Positions 50,442-64,000 of a stretch of DNA of 64,000 nt are shown here, one piece after another (position 1 is the first letter of the stretch; every line of letters begins with the position of its first letter). Both the position numbers and the translations under genes were made by a program. Under the pieces are notes generated by a model, which saw only the letters and a program-made list of their open reading frames with translations, did not search any database and had not been told where the DNA came from. Origin of the DNA: Trichosphaerium sp. ATCC 40318. Taxonomy: Eukaryota; Protista; Tubulinea. The stretch covers positions 186,001-250,000 of the forward strand of contig JALMLS010000531.1 of NCBI GenBank assembly GCA_038496445.1, in the 5' to 3' direction.

Positions 50442-51983
50442 TTATTCGTATCGTGGTCTTTTACGGCCTGAAGTCTTCTTCAGTATCCGTCGACGAGCAT
50501 TAGTAAACCAATTGTTAATTTGAGTTAATGTCAGGTTAGTCTGACCAGCTAACTCTATTTTCTCTTGCTCAGTAGGGTAAGGATGATCTTCATGGAAAAA
50601 TAACCAATCTTTAAGCTGTTTTACGGCCTAAAAACAAGGTATAAATAACAAGCGTTAAAAAAAGAATCATTTTTACCTCTTCTGGTAAATTACCCCTTTT
50701 ACGTCTAACAGAAGAAGCTAAAGATAATCAAATCAGTATAACAGATTGCCAAAGATGCCAAATAATAACTAAAAAAACCGCAAGTGACACTTGCCGAAAA
50801 ACCTACGGAAAAACCCTTTAAAATGTAGTACGTACAAGGAGGTTCCCTTGTGTCCCTTATTTTATCTCTATTCCCTTTCATTCGGACTTGATGTGGTCTA
50901 TAATCTTTGTCCTCTTCTATATCTCGCTTACCATACACTCTTTGACGCTTTCGCATGTCGTTATCGTAGGTATTGTTCTCTGGAACCCTGTAACGACGAG
51001 ATTGTTGAGGTTGTTGGCCATCAGCGCTATTTTGAAAGGTATATAGCAATTGTGACGCCCACAAATCGGTGAATTCTTCTTCGTTTTCTTGAGTCGCTGG
51101 TCTACAAACTTGAGGTGGAGTATGGTGTACTTGCTGCGCAACGTTCAAAGGCACTAAGGTTGCATTTCCTGAAGTTACCAAACTCTGTTGCGTTCGCGTT
51201 CCGGACTGGTGAAACATAGATGTCATGTCTACGTTCATTGACGTGCTATGCACTACCGTCCCGTTGGCAGGGTAGCCACTGTGAACTTGAACTATGGGTG
51301 ACAGCGGCATACTGTTGGCAAGGTGAGCAGGACTGGAGTGCGTAGGAACGAGGGAGGCGTTCATGCGGAGGTTTGCAGGGTTTCCAAGCTGCTCTGACAG
51401 TTTTGGCAACTTGACCTGCATCTTCGCTCTAGTAGATCGTACTTGCTCCCGTTGCTCCTTAAGCTACCATGTGATGAGTGGAAAGCAGTATTGTAACCGT
51501 TAGGTTGTACCGTATTGAGGTCCTGTTTCAATTTAGTAACAGTTAATTGTAAGTCCTTTCGTGAAGGATCACCACACTCCATTATCGTTTTTACGGTATT
51601 AAGACGTAAAAAGACTTCGTCGATCTACTGACAGGTCAAAAAGGTGCTGATTATTACTAATTAGGGTCACCTTCTTCTCCACTCTGCTGATGCGTATATC
51701 GTGCTGGTTTTTGAAAGCTGCCAAGTGATGTTCAAATACCTTGACAACAACGTCAATTACCTTTTGTTCTAGTCCAGAATCGCCTAACGCATAATTTAGC
51801 GACACTTTTACATGCACTTGACATGACACGAGCGCGCGTACCTAACACGGATCGGAGGGTACTCCCGTTAGCACTCATGGGTGCGCTAGCGGTTGGTTGG
51901 GAATTTTGTATCTTGTAGGCGTTTGTGTCACCGATCTGCCCGTGTTGTGGGTGTTGAACAATAAAACCAGTTCCGTTTTGCAT
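50442..51983 (-). CDS. TALE-class homeodomain transcription factor; multi-exon
   Basis: KRGNLPE|AVKQLKDWLFFHEDHPYPTEQEKIELAGQTNLTLTQINNWFTNARRRIL contains the PYP loop and WFxNARRR. Confidence 0.92.
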
Positions 51984-52258
51984 TACGAGCCTAGTGTTGC
52001 CTCCTTATACTTTAGACGTACTTCAAACTGCACCAGCAAGAAGTTATTTTTGGATAAAGAATTTGTAAATGTGGAGAAATCTCGCGGTTGACTGAAATAA
52101 ACTCAGAATTTATGCGGGTTTTTGTGTAATTCCTATTGGTCATTTTGGTTTTTGCTACCAAAACAGGCGCCTTCAACGTCTGGCGACCTCAATTTTACTA
52201 CTTACAACTTTTTTTAGCATTTGACGCTATTTACGCCATGTTGTGTTTTTGGGAGATG

Positions 52259-54358
52259 TCATTGTTCTAGCACTACAAGTCCTTTCTTTACAAGCGATTC
52301 AATAGGTAACGAAGGCATCCATAGAGATTCGCGTTTTCGCCTTACTTCTTTCAATTTCTCTTGCTCCTTCTTTTTCATCAACTCGCGCTCTTTTTCAAGG
52401 TACGTGCATAGTAGATTCTGGTAATAACAAAGCTTTATCTGACGCGTTTTGCGGATATTCCTAAAACAAGGTTATTGAAATTGCTTACATAGTGGCGAGA
52501 ACATTATCACAACCAAAAAGGCGCGAAAAAAAAGCAAAAAAAAGCAAAAAAAAAATAGGGTTCTTTAATTTCTAAAATAATTCGTTACCTTCTAAGCACT
52601 ACACGGGACTTCTGTCCTGTCGCTTTATCCTTTATATCCCATTCGCCAGCATCTATTGGTTCTGTACCAAGAACATGAGGTTTTATTCCATCAATTAGAT
52701 TCTTGTAGTGTGCCGCATTAGGCACATAGTTTGGTGCCTTCTGTTTTTTACCTGTCTATGGAGGTTGTTAGTTACTGTCCTTATTTGGGTTATTTTTTTG
52801 CTATTTTTTGTGCACGCAAAAATATTAAATTTTTTTACCTTCGTTTTGTTAACTCTTTTTGAGCCTAGATAACGTCGACAGTTGTCTGAACCACAATAGC
52901 ATCTCTGTTTACGTAATCCAAATCGTACCTAAGCAAAGAAGAATTCAACACGTCAAAAAGTTTATAAATCTGCAAGAAAAAAAAAGCGTACAAATTGATA
53001 ATCAAAAGTCAGTTCTGTACCAGCTTGAATTGGTTTAATAGCAAATATACCAACTCGTGTTTGTCCTGCAGCAACCCTAACAACGAAAATAAACGGAATT
53101 CGTGTACAAAAAAAAACAAAAAAAATTTAAACCAACTCTACAAGTTTCAATAAACATACCATTTTTCAGTTCTGCAATTGGGATCACAACTATGGTTAAT
53201 AAAGCGAGCCAAATTACCTTTTCTTGAAGCGTCGATACATAATTGAGAATCGATTGTTAAGAAGTAAAAGTGCTTATCCTTTCTACAAAGCTATTAAAGT
53301 CCACACAAAAGCATTTTGATTTGTTTGGTATTGCTTTGGAATACACAAATAAGTTTTCGGGTCAAATAATGACGCGTGTCACTCTTTTTACGCCACGTTG
53401 CAAACAAGTAAGAAAAGGCGTAGAAAAGAAAAAGGGTAGAAAGATATTGTTAGTTTACGTGTAAATGTAAACGTACTTGTATTTTGCTGATTTCATGCGT
53501 TGTACGCATTGGCTTGTGGTAATAACTTCTCCAACATACTCTATGATGAGGTCACCTGGTTGCAGGTTTTGTAGAATTTCTACGCCGTGACCTTTACGCC
53601 CAGCCTGAATTTAATAGTTAAACAATAGAAGTTTACCGATTCGCTCACATTGATAAGCTTAATTTTTGCGTATTGCTCGTTTTGTAGCCTCGTATTTGTG
53701 CAATTCTGTCCGCAAGGGCAAAGTTCTGGGTTACACTCGTAGTATAATTGCCTATAAGGTCGCTGTGAGAATTTTTAAAATGAAAGTGACGCCTGTCATT
53801 TTGTTGAAAAAGGCGCGGGTTTAAAGTTGCAGATAATATTGTACCTGTTGACGCAGGAACGGCCACAACCTAATGAAGTGGATTAATAAATGTACAAACA
53901 AATACTGATTGTTTGATTCGTACCAATACCATCAGGCTCTACTGTACAAGTGCATACATGTCCATTTTCTCGTTTTGTTTTAGCGAACCGTTTTACAGAA
54001 GCAGGGTAGATATCTTCAATCTATGAGTTCAAGTAACGCTAATGGAACGTACTGCTTCGAATTACTTGGTAATCAGGCGCTATTTCAACATTAATGTTAC
54101 ATTTCCAATTGAATACGCGTTTTTACGTACGGTCTCTCTTTTCATACTTTCTTTTGCTCTATTAAGAAGAACGGTTAATTTTTTTTCTTCAATTTGTAAT
54201 TTAATAATTCTGCATACTGTAGAATTGTCCGTAGTACTTATTCGACTATCTTCTGATTTGCTTTGTTCTTCTTCGTGTGTTTCATGCATTTTTTGTCTCT
54301 TAGAGTTTCCTGTATCACCATATTCAAGCTTTCGCTTCTTTACGGGCTTATGCTCCAT
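52259..54358 (-). CDS. AWS-SET-postSET histone lysine methyltransferase (SET2/ASH1/NSD-like, probably H3K36); multi-exon
   Basis: [46 protein letters not shown] and [13 protein letters not shown]. Confidence 0.92.
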
Positions 54359-54567
54359 TACAGAAAAAGAGAAAAAAAAACAGATGGTCAAAACTCGTAT
54401 TATTTAAGACCATTCCAATAACAGGCAAAATTATCATACAGTACCAAAAAGAAAAGAGTGTCGATGAGGTTGTTTGGGTTTGTGGGTTTTTTTTATTGTT
54501 CTATCAACTTTGTTGTTGCTTGTGTACAGTACGATTTGATTAACGTGTCAAGTTGTGTATGTTCTTC

Positions 54568-55364
54568 TCATGTAGTTTTATTTAAACCTGCAACATCCAA
54601 TTGCCTAAAGATGATCAGAACGCGTAAACAAATAGGCTGTAATTCGAGTTTTGTAGTTTGACATTTTTTTTTTTTGGTTTGTATTTAGATATCGCATTAC
54701 GTACCCTGATGACATGAGTAGATTCCTGAATTTTGGGTAGTTAATCTCATTTACATTCTGTCCAACTACTGAATCAAGTTCATTGTCTGTTATTTTTTCT
54801 CCGAGAATTTCAAGAGCAGTTTTCAATTCCTCCTTTGTGATAAACCCTCGATTGTTAAAATCAAAAGCTTCAAAAGCACATTTTAGGTCTTTATCTAACT
54901 CTATCTGTGATTTACTACGTGTTCTAGATCCAAGAGAGCCAGACATTGTACGTTGGAACTTTTTTTCCATTGACGTGTTTGTTATCTTTCTGAATTCCTC
55001 ATATGTAATGAAACCTATTTTTGTGACTGTTTTAGTGTGGAGTTTTGGTGAAGTTATCTTTTTTTTTGGTGTTTGTTGTAGGGCCATATAATTGGAATTT
55101 CATCCTGTTTGGAACTATAATTGAGTAATTCGTACCATCGCTATCGCTGTCTACGCTGTTAAAAAGTTCAAGCATCTCCTCACGAGCAACATCGCCCAGA
55201 AATTTATTGTATCCTTTGTATGCTTCGAGAAACGCTTCGAAATCAATTTTTCCAGCTGATTGTTGATCTATTTTCCCGAATACTTCCATTGAGAAGCTAC
55301 GAAGGCGTCTTGGTGGCATTCTAGGCATTGGCGGGCTCTGACCGGTTGGAGTTGGGCTGGTCAT
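54568..55364 (-). CDS. Calmodulin-like EF-hand protein; 3 exons
   Basis: EF loops DQQSAGKIDFEAF, DSDSD|GFITYEEF and DFNNRGFITKEEL; the fourth is degenerate. Confidence 0.85.
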
Positions 55365-55857
55365 AGTGCTATTGCAAAAATTAGTACAAAAACTGCTTAA
55401 TACGGATTTAAAAAGCCCGCCGTACCTGTTGTACAAGATATATTTTCACGAAACAAATAAAGCGTTGATTAATATTGACAAGTAGATTTATTTCGTTTAC
55501 AAAGTAGAAAACCGAGTCAGGTCAAATAGAAAAGACAATTGCATAAGAGGTAAACTTTTTTCTTGATAAATATTATTGCAGAAATTGCAGGAATTCCTTA
55601 CACGGCATACTGTTCGCAATTAAAACAGGTAGTTGATATTACTTTAAAAGGATTTCGTGTCATCTACAACTTAAGTTCTATAATAATGCTTCTCACGAGT
55701 ACAGTATAGCTATTAGTCATACTTACTAAAGCGCAAAGAAATATAACCTGACTATTTGACTATTTGTCCATATTTGATAAAAAACCAATCTTATTCAACA
55801 GACAATCAGTAAAAAAGGGTAAAGAATGCGTATATTTTACAGTAGTAGTGGAATGAT

Positions 55858-57639
55858 TTATAATTCAGCATCAAGTGAGAAAGTAATACCTGTAGTATAA
55901 AGTGAGTAGAAATAAAACACGTAACTAAAATATTAAAAGTCACTACGCGTACCTTTAAGAGCGCTCAACATATCTTGAGCTGCTCCAAGGAGATCCTTTT
56001 GGTCTTCAACATCTCCTTCTAGTTCCAATTCTTTCAATTGTGCTTTATGAGTCACTTCTGACATCAAATTGCCTAATTTCTTCTGTGCAGAGAACAGATT
56101 GCGGTTTGATGGTTGTAAGCCTTGTTTGATTGCTTGTACGAAAGCGCCTCTGTCTGCTTCAATGTTCTAATAAATATGTGAGCCACTAAAAAACCCAAAG
56201 CCGGTGCTGTACGTCATTTCCCAAGTTATCTACAATATCTCTTGCCAAATTACCAATACTCTACAAAAAATGTCAACAGCACGAAATGGATGTAAATAAA
56301 AGTACCTTGCGCAAGTTATTTTTATCAGCATCTTCAGCTGCAGCGTGCAATTTTGCGAGTTTATCTGCTACATTTTTGACAGAATTGTCCAAGTCCTTAA
56401 GGTATCCTGGTGGGTTGTAGTCTTCCATGGTTTCCATCAACTCTGATTCAAACATAGCCTAACGTAGTTCGTAAGTAAATTACCATTAATACAACCACTT
56501 AAAGCAATATAGATCGCCATAATTAAATTTTGCAAGAAAGAGAAAACGTACTGAAACTTCATGGATGATCGCTTCGATCTCCTCAAGACAAGCTGACACT
56601 TGATCGTAAGCGCCTGCTGCAGTATCCTGAGATTGTTGTCTATGAATAGTAGAGTAAGCACAGTGCGAGGTTTTAAGATATTTCTTTAAAACGTCAATAA
56701 AAAGGCTCGTTATGTACCCTGGCTGTTGTTGCTTTTTTTGGACAGATCGAATAAAATCTGGTAAGCTCGCTTGTAGTAGATCTTGAGCTGATTGTAAACG
56801 CTCTGGTAATAGACCAGTGCTATTTTGTGCTGTAACTAAGCGTTTAACTGTGCGTATTAAATCAATGATTTTGCGAGAGCAGATTTGGGCGAATTCAAGA
56901 AGCATTTCGGGATGTTCGAGGTTGTATAGTTGCGCTACGGTCTACAGATGCGTTAGAACATTGTACCACAATACAATTCAATTTAGTAATTGTCGATTTT
57001 TTTTGGTTCAAAATCCCGCTTTGGCGTTGAGCATACCTGACTAGTTGATCCGTGCACTTCTAAAACACGTTCTACCTCTACTTTGTGACCAGCTTTCATA
57101 AATGCTGTCATGGCCTTTACTACGTTAGTACATGCGCTATACTGCAGTTTTGCAAAGAAAGTTGCGAGCGAATGTTTGGAGTCGCGCAGAAAATTCCAAT
57201 GACGCCAAAATGTGGTAATACATACCTGCAAGAACGTCATGAGCTGATCAAACACGTCTTCGTAGATCGAGCTGTCTTCATTAATAATTGAGAAGTCCTC
57301 GAGTAGTTTTGTTGTAAATCTATCCACGTCTGCGCAAATATCGCGCATGAGTTCCTGCACGGAAGCAACTTTACACGCTCCAGCCTCAGATCTGCAAAAG
57401 TCTCTGCAAAACGTAACCTCCGGTCCCAGGGTACCAATGAGTCGTATTTTTGATATTTTTGTTGCCACAGGAGCATTATCATCGTTACAAACTCGGTAAG
57501 CTTCTACAATAGTAGCACATATCTTCTCTAGCTTCACTCTCACTTGGATAGCGAGGTCTCTGTTCTCGGCTACAATAACGCCTCGAAATTTGAAGGCAGC
57601 CTTTTTGACCATTGGTTTCGCAAATGATTCACTTGCCAT
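55858..57639 (-). CDS. Short vinculin/alpha-catenin-like helical-bundle protein; multi-exon
   Basis: HKVEVERVLEV...TVAQLYNLEHPEMLLEFAQICSRKIIDLIRTVKRL...ERLQSAQDLLQASLPDFIRSVQ...LEEIEAII follows the vinculin D1 helix pattern. Confidence 0.6.
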
Positions 57640-58064
57640 GTTGTTATATCTTGTTTAGACTCAATTCAGTTTCTATCTCATTTGACCGTTATTGAATACT
57701 TATTAGGGCCGGGTTGCATCAGAACCGTATACAACCATGCCAAAGGGTCTCTCACATGAATCAACAAATAACAGACTAACAAACGTGCATTGACACTAAT
57801 CGTCAAATTTTACACGTGCTTTTTTAAAGCACGACACAAAAAATCTGTAGGCTCAAAGTAACATGATAGAGGTAACATGACGTTAGAAATACATGCTATG
57901 TGTTGAAGATTTGTGCGGATTAACCAACGAAATTAGTCGTACAATGACTGACTCCAACAGCATGTTCACTTTTGTAAAAGGGGAGAGTGAAAATCCGGCT
58001 GTTTTTGAAGAATCAGTAAGTCAACGTTTAGTACTAAACTAGAGTTTGCGTTGTGTACGATGAA

Positions 58065-60664
58065 ATGATTGCCTGCTCTCGTATTCTTACCAACACGTAC
58101 AGTGGTGTTGTAGTTGGGTTATTGGTATGCACGCTATTTAACATTGTACCATGCTGTAGCGCAAACTCAGAAGCGTGGCTTCCACGCCAAGAGGGGTGCG
58201 TATATACGAATGAAAAACGCATTAATGCGTGTTAAAAGCTAATATTTATTGTACAGATGGTATCCGCCATTAGAACCGCTTAGCGGGGATGCAGCGAAGG
58301 TTGTAGTACAAAATATGGGTCTAAAAGATACACAAGCGTTCGCATTACCTGTAACCGTTTGGCAAGATATTACAACATGTACGACAAGTGTCACATCTGT
58401 TATCGCTACGATTTACAGCTAAACGTAAAAAAATTCAGTGCATCCGGCGACAGTAGTGATATATTCGCGAACCGGTCGTATACGAGTGACTATAGACGTT
58501 GCGTATGTTGGGGGGTCATATGACTTGGACCAGAATGTAGTTGTAGGAAATGGAGAGTACTTTATTATTCCACCTCATAAGCCAATAAAATGGTTGAGAA
58601 CATTAAGTCAAGAATCACAAATGTCCGTTGCTACGTGCCTATTCTTTGAGCAGGGCATCGCTTTATCAATAGGTAAGAACATAATAAAGCTATTGGATCA
58701 TACATAAATTGATTTAATAGTAATGTAGACTCTGGTGATGCTGGTGAATGTGATGAAATTTCTAAATTTCAAAATATAGTTAAAGTTCACATGTCAAAAT
58801 TACCAAGGTAAATGGTTGATTATGGCTCAAACTCATTTTTGTTTTAACAAATCATAGGCGATTATGGAAACCTATTTACCCTTATTTTCTTACTTCAATA
58901 CGAACACCTGTAAACCATTTATTATGTCAAATATTCATTTAATGAAGTCTTTAAATGATGCTGACGTTTTGTTGGTTTAGCGTGTTAATGCTGAGTAGGA
59001 CCCAGAGGAAATCACTGTTGTATCTATGGGTACCTGTGATAGGCTACTGCGATTAAGGCAAATTTCAGAGTTATACGGGGGTATGTACTGAGCACTACAG
59101 ATATAACAATATCATAATAAGTACTTTTATCAACAAAATGTAGGACCGCTATCTATTGCTATATTTATTAAAGATCCTATTTCTGATATACCTGCCATCA
59201 TGAATACATGGCTGGGATCAGAATCTATGCGTAAAAATACTGACATTCACCTTGTATTTGAAGATAACGTACGCAACCAAAAAAATTAGCTTCGATTTTT
59301 TTTACAGCTCTTTTTGTTGTTCTAACATTTTGTTGACTTGTTTCACAAGGTTGTTAATCTTAATACAAAAGGTGTTAATTTTCCTGTTAATATTCTACGT
59401 AATGTACCTGTACGGTACTGTAGAACTCAAAATGTTTTTTACATTGAAGCCGATTTCATACCAAATAGAGACTTTTATAACTCTCGAGAGTATTGGGATG
59501 CAATGTAAATACCTTTCCTATCTAACTTCCTCTTTTCTTACTTTTTTGTTTAGTACTGCTCTTGGAAGAAACCCAAAGCAAATATTCGTGATAGCAAGCT
59601 TCCTATCTTGGAGTAAAGTTTATGCTGATCCCAAGTATGATTTGATGAAGTTTCCGCCAAATAAGAAAAAACTGATGAGTTGGATATCTCATAACAACGA
59701 AAATAAGAAAGGTACGCTTGTATGATTTTGATCTTATCTGTTTCGCTAACTTATATCCAAGATATAATTCCTTTGGGTGTCCTATTCCATTCACACGAGA
59801 AAACGCCTTATAGTAAGTCAGAGAAAATTATATAATTTCTTCCTTTGTTTTCCTTCTTTTTTCTTAGTTTTTAAATCATTTAGGGAGGTGGTATAGATAC
59901 AGAGGTTCAAGCTTTATTAAGATGAGACCTAAAGGAGTTGGATTTTATGAACCTTATTATATAGGAACAAGAGATTATCCATTGTACGCACATTGTCTGT
60001 AACCAACTTGTTTTTAATCCGATACAACCAGGTTTGCAGAAATTATGATTGGTTGCGGAAAAGACAAAATTGTTCACTATCAAGAATTGATGAAAGCTGG
60101 ATACTCTGTATCTATGCTATCAGATCATTTTATAATACATCTGGACTCCACAGGGATGGGTAAACCTTGGTGTAGGAAAGTAGGAAGTGTACGTTTTTTT
60201 TGTATTTTTATTTGATAGTAAAAATGACATTCGTTCTCTAGGCATTTCCTAAGCTTGACGCTTTTGAATATCGCATTAACAGACAGTATAAGGATAGAGA
60301 TACGCCACCCTATGTTTGGTGGTTTCCTGAAAATATTGATAAGACTATATACAAGACCATGGTGTCTACAAGAAGACGTCATCTCGGTAAAGTTGTTTGA
60401 TTTTACGTGTTTTTTTCTCCTTTTTTTCTGAAAAACTAATGTTTTGGATTTGTAGATGAACGAAAAAAGATATTGGAAAGGTTAACAAATAAATTGAATA
60501 GATTAATACTTTGGCAGAACTTTCCTTTCTTGATTTGTGCATGTACTTTAATTTTCTTGATTGGTACAGTTTTTTTTTTGTATTATTATGTTTCAACTGA
60601 AATGAAGTTCACATTGGTAGGGTTCATTGTGCAAATTTTTAAACAAATCGAGAAGATGGCATGA
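58065..60664 (+). CDS. GT49 (LARGE/B4GAT1-like) glycosyltransferase with an N-terminal signal and a C-terminal TM; multi-exon
   Basis: EITVVSMGTCDRL...YGG|PLSIAIFI, DIHL, FPVNILR, FYEPYYIG, GCGKDKIVHYQEL...FIIH parallel the LARGE C-terminal domain. Confidence 0.75.
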
Positions 60665-61643
60665 AATAAAAACCTTGGTTGCTTCTCCGGTAACTTAGAA
60701 CGTTATGGTAGTCAACAATATTGTAAATTGTTATGTGCAAAAAAAAGCACGTATGTAAATATATCGTACTATTCCCATTTTACATTGTTGCTTTGTTTGT
60801 CCGTTATGTAGTTAGTAACGGCTACCATTCATAATGAATATATTGTAAGAGGTATGAGTTGAATGTACGCTTATTGTTAAACTACTTTACATGACTAGTT
60901 CGGTCAACATGTACCACTGCTTAGTACCATCCAACGTAGTACACGTGTCAAAGGGCTCCATTAAAATCGCTGTTTTTCAGTCGGATAGGCGCCCACAATC
61001 GCACACATGAGAATACGTATCAACATCTCAAACCAAACATAAAAATCACTTACATTTACCTTTTTTGGTAGCTTTGTACAATAATTTTGACAACATTCTT
61101 TCGCATTTTAGCAATCTCTGTACCTTACTCGAAACGTCAGTTTCTAAACGTGCTATAACTCGACTGCTTTTAATAAAAACGTGTAGTGTTTGTCAACGGA
61201 TAATTCTACATCTCGCTCAAAGACAATAATAACGTACTCTCCATTCCCTACCGCTGTTGGCCTTGGTTATATGACTCTTCGACATAAGCAATAGACACTG
61301 TCACAGTGCCTGTCTTGCAATACTACCAAGTGCATGCAGGTAATTCAAACGCTTGCGTATCTGTAAGACGCCTTTGGCGGTGCACTATTTGCTATGACGC
61401 CGCTAGGCGATTCCAGGTACACTTGCACACTAAGTACCTAGTTAATGGACATTGTCACTTTGTTTTGAACAAACACCGCACACCTCTTGGTGTGCGAACC
61501 ACGAGTCGGAGTTTGCAATAAGCACGATCCAAACAAGGACGTACTCACAAACATTATTTGGCATTTAAAATACTTAACATGCTTGGCTTAAAGTGTACCA
61601 TTTCGAAAAAAGCAAGTAACGGTTAGTAGTACTATTCGCAACA

Positions 61644-63845
61644 ATGTCGAAGAAATGGTTTTCGAGCGCTAGTCCACCAACTACCCCAACTGGGAAGAGC
61701 ACCAGTTCCAAGACAAAACCATCTGTTGTGCCCGAGCTATTTTTCAAGAGCAGCGCATCCTCAGATATGGTCACAGCCGTTGCCGCTAAAGCGCCACCAA
61801 AACGCCCTACAGGATACGTTAAACCAAAGCGCGGTTTGGATAGCGGTCTCGTAAGCGGTTTTGCAAGGGCTGGAAGCTCTACAGCGCCTAAAGCAGCAGC
61901 AAAAACACCACAGAAAGCGGCACCAAAAGCTGCAGCCCCTACTGCTACTAAAACAGACACCAAGCAAGCTCCTGCACCCGAAAAGAAGGCCACCAAACAT
62001 CCTAGCCAACCAGCTGCTACAAATGTAGCCACCCTACAAACTCAGGTTAAAGATTTGGAAGAGCACGCAGAAGCCCAAAACCAGTTACTCGGCGTTTTAA
62101 GCAAGGACTTGGACGAAAGCAAGAAGCAAGCCGAAGGTATGGTTTACAGCTGTTTTATACGACTTTGAAGGCATTTGTTTACTTTATTTTGCTTTCTCGT
62201 TTTACTTTTCGCTTCGCACACTTCCAACGAACTTAATTACATCTCTAAACCAACAAACGACTGTTTACTTTAATTTTCTCAAAGTCCGCGCCATTGCCGA
62301 GGATTCTTTTTCCGAATGCATTTATTAGCAACCACACATTTTATGCCCGCAACGCCGACCCTAAAACCCACTTTTGCTCATTTTTGGACAAAGCACCTTT
62401 AACGATAAAACAATTTCCAATCTTTGTTTTGACCGTCTTTTGCACTCCGCAGACGCACTACCTGTTCTTTTTTTGTTCATAAACATTTTGAAAAAAATTC
62501 ATTTTACTAATCTACCCGCGTAGCTTTCAAGAGCGAGGTAACACAAGTCAAAAACCAGTTAGAAGATGCACAAGATGAGATCGCCAAGCTAAAGAGATCT
62601 GTTAACGGTTAGTTCACCAAGGCCTTTTTTTTCTTTTTTTTGTTTTCAAAAAACTTTGCGTGTTTGTTCGCGACATCATTACGCTATACATGGCACGATA
62701 AATTAATTACTTGTTTCCAAAATTCTATTTCCACTTTTTTACAGAATTTTTTTTTCTGTCAACGAACAAGAGGTAACCGTTGAATTATTGACATTTTTTT
62801 TTTCTTTCTTTAGACAAAAATGACGTTATCTCTCAATTGCAACAAACCGCTGCATCAAGCGGTGACTCTGCCAAGGCTGCCGCGGATTTAACTGCGATGG
62901 TTCAAAAATACGAGAAACAAGACCAAGAACAAAATGCAGCCCTACAAAGTACGTTTTCTTTGATGTTTAATTGTTCATCTTTTACTTTCCGTAAATTGCC
63001 GCTTTATTCACTTTATTTGCAGAGAGCAAAGACACAATTCGCTTGCTTCAAGACCAGATCACCAACCTTAAGAAAATGGCCCAAGAAAATCACCAACAAG
63101 GAAAAGGTAAGCATTGTAACGTTGCGTTTCTTTTACGCCTGGATTTTTTTTTCATACTTATACCTCTTTTAGGTAGCGATGACCAAGTTACAAAACTCTC
63201 TAGCGATTTGCAAGCTGCTAACCAAGACAGAATGGATACTGTCCACGCTCTAGGACAACACCTTGCTAAAATGCAAGATCAACTCAAACAAGTCGAATCT
63301 CATGTTGGTATGTATTTTATGCCGCATCGAAGAGATATGTCTAACTCCTTTCTAGATAGCACCAAGACTGTCAGCAGTGTCGATAGCACTGGTCGCCCAG
63401 CCGGCGAAGCTGCTCTTCCTCTCGTACAAGGTATTGAGCGTGAAATTGCAACTTTGAAACAAGATTTGGCAAAGAAGGCCAAGGCAATTGCTTCTGGAGA
63501 TAACAAAGTTAAAATCCCACAAGCTACCTACCAACCTTCCAAAAACACACAAGTTGCTTCTGTCGCTGGAGGCGCTGGAGGTGATGTTAACGCACTTCTC
63601 ACTAAAGAAAAAGAACTATCTAAAACGTTGCAAATTCAACTCGCTTGCTACAAAGGTACATAGTGCATATTTTTTGGATCAAAAAACTAACCTTCTTTTT
63701 TCTAGAAATTGCCATGAAATCTGGAGACTACTCTGGTGGTTCTTCACGCAAGACCATCCTAATCTTTGCTGGTTTGATTATTGTTTTTGCTGTAGCTTTC
63801 CTACAAATGTACTCGAACAGCAGAAGGACCCAAGTCTACTACTAA
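61644..63845 (+). CDS. Tail-anchored coiled-coil protein with a K/A/P-rich disordered N-terminus; multi-exon
   Basis: Heptad-rich exons, single C-terminal TM (TILIFAGLIIVFAVAFL) and a short tail ending RRTQVYY*. Confidence 0.75.
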
Positions 63846-64000
63846 TTGTAGTTTGGCTTTGTATATCGAATTTAGAAAATGTTGTTGGTGTAGAACGAGC
63901 AAATACACTTTTTTTAATTATTTAATCGTTGGTCTTTGATTACATTTTTGTTGTTGTGTTGAGTGTATTTTTTTTGGCATCGATCCACTGAAATATGGAG

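Overview
Gene-dense, AT-rich eukaryotic nuclear DNA from an unidentified protist. Most introns are 40-120 nt, donors are often GTACGT/GTAAG-like with a few GC-AG, and the genetic code is standard. The ORF track fragments most genes, so I reassembled exons by eye; boundaries are approximate and family calls come from motif recognition, not database searches. Left to right: the 3' part of a giant S/T/P/V hexapeptide-repeat gene built from symmetric exons; a divergent G-alpha fused to a BTB domain and lacking both catalytic residues, which can be spliced in frame to the repeat gene; F-box/LRR genes; two paralogous CheD/CNF1-like Cys-His proteins; KICS2; a PIAS/Siz-type SUMO ligase; a membrane-anchored coiled-coil/EGF/MACPF protein with KR processing sites; OsmC-like, AlkB-like and class I peroxidase genes; a tRNA-headed SINE-like element; RPF2; a putative PAS-domain transcription factor; two paralogous spliced microprotein genes; two glycosyltransferases; a TALE homeobox gene; a SET2/ASH1-like methyltransferase; an EF-hand protein; a short vinculin/alpha-catenin-like protein; and a tail-anchored coiled-coil protein. 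The best novelty candidates are the repeat/G-alpha-BTB locus, the stalked MACPF protein and the CheD-like pair.
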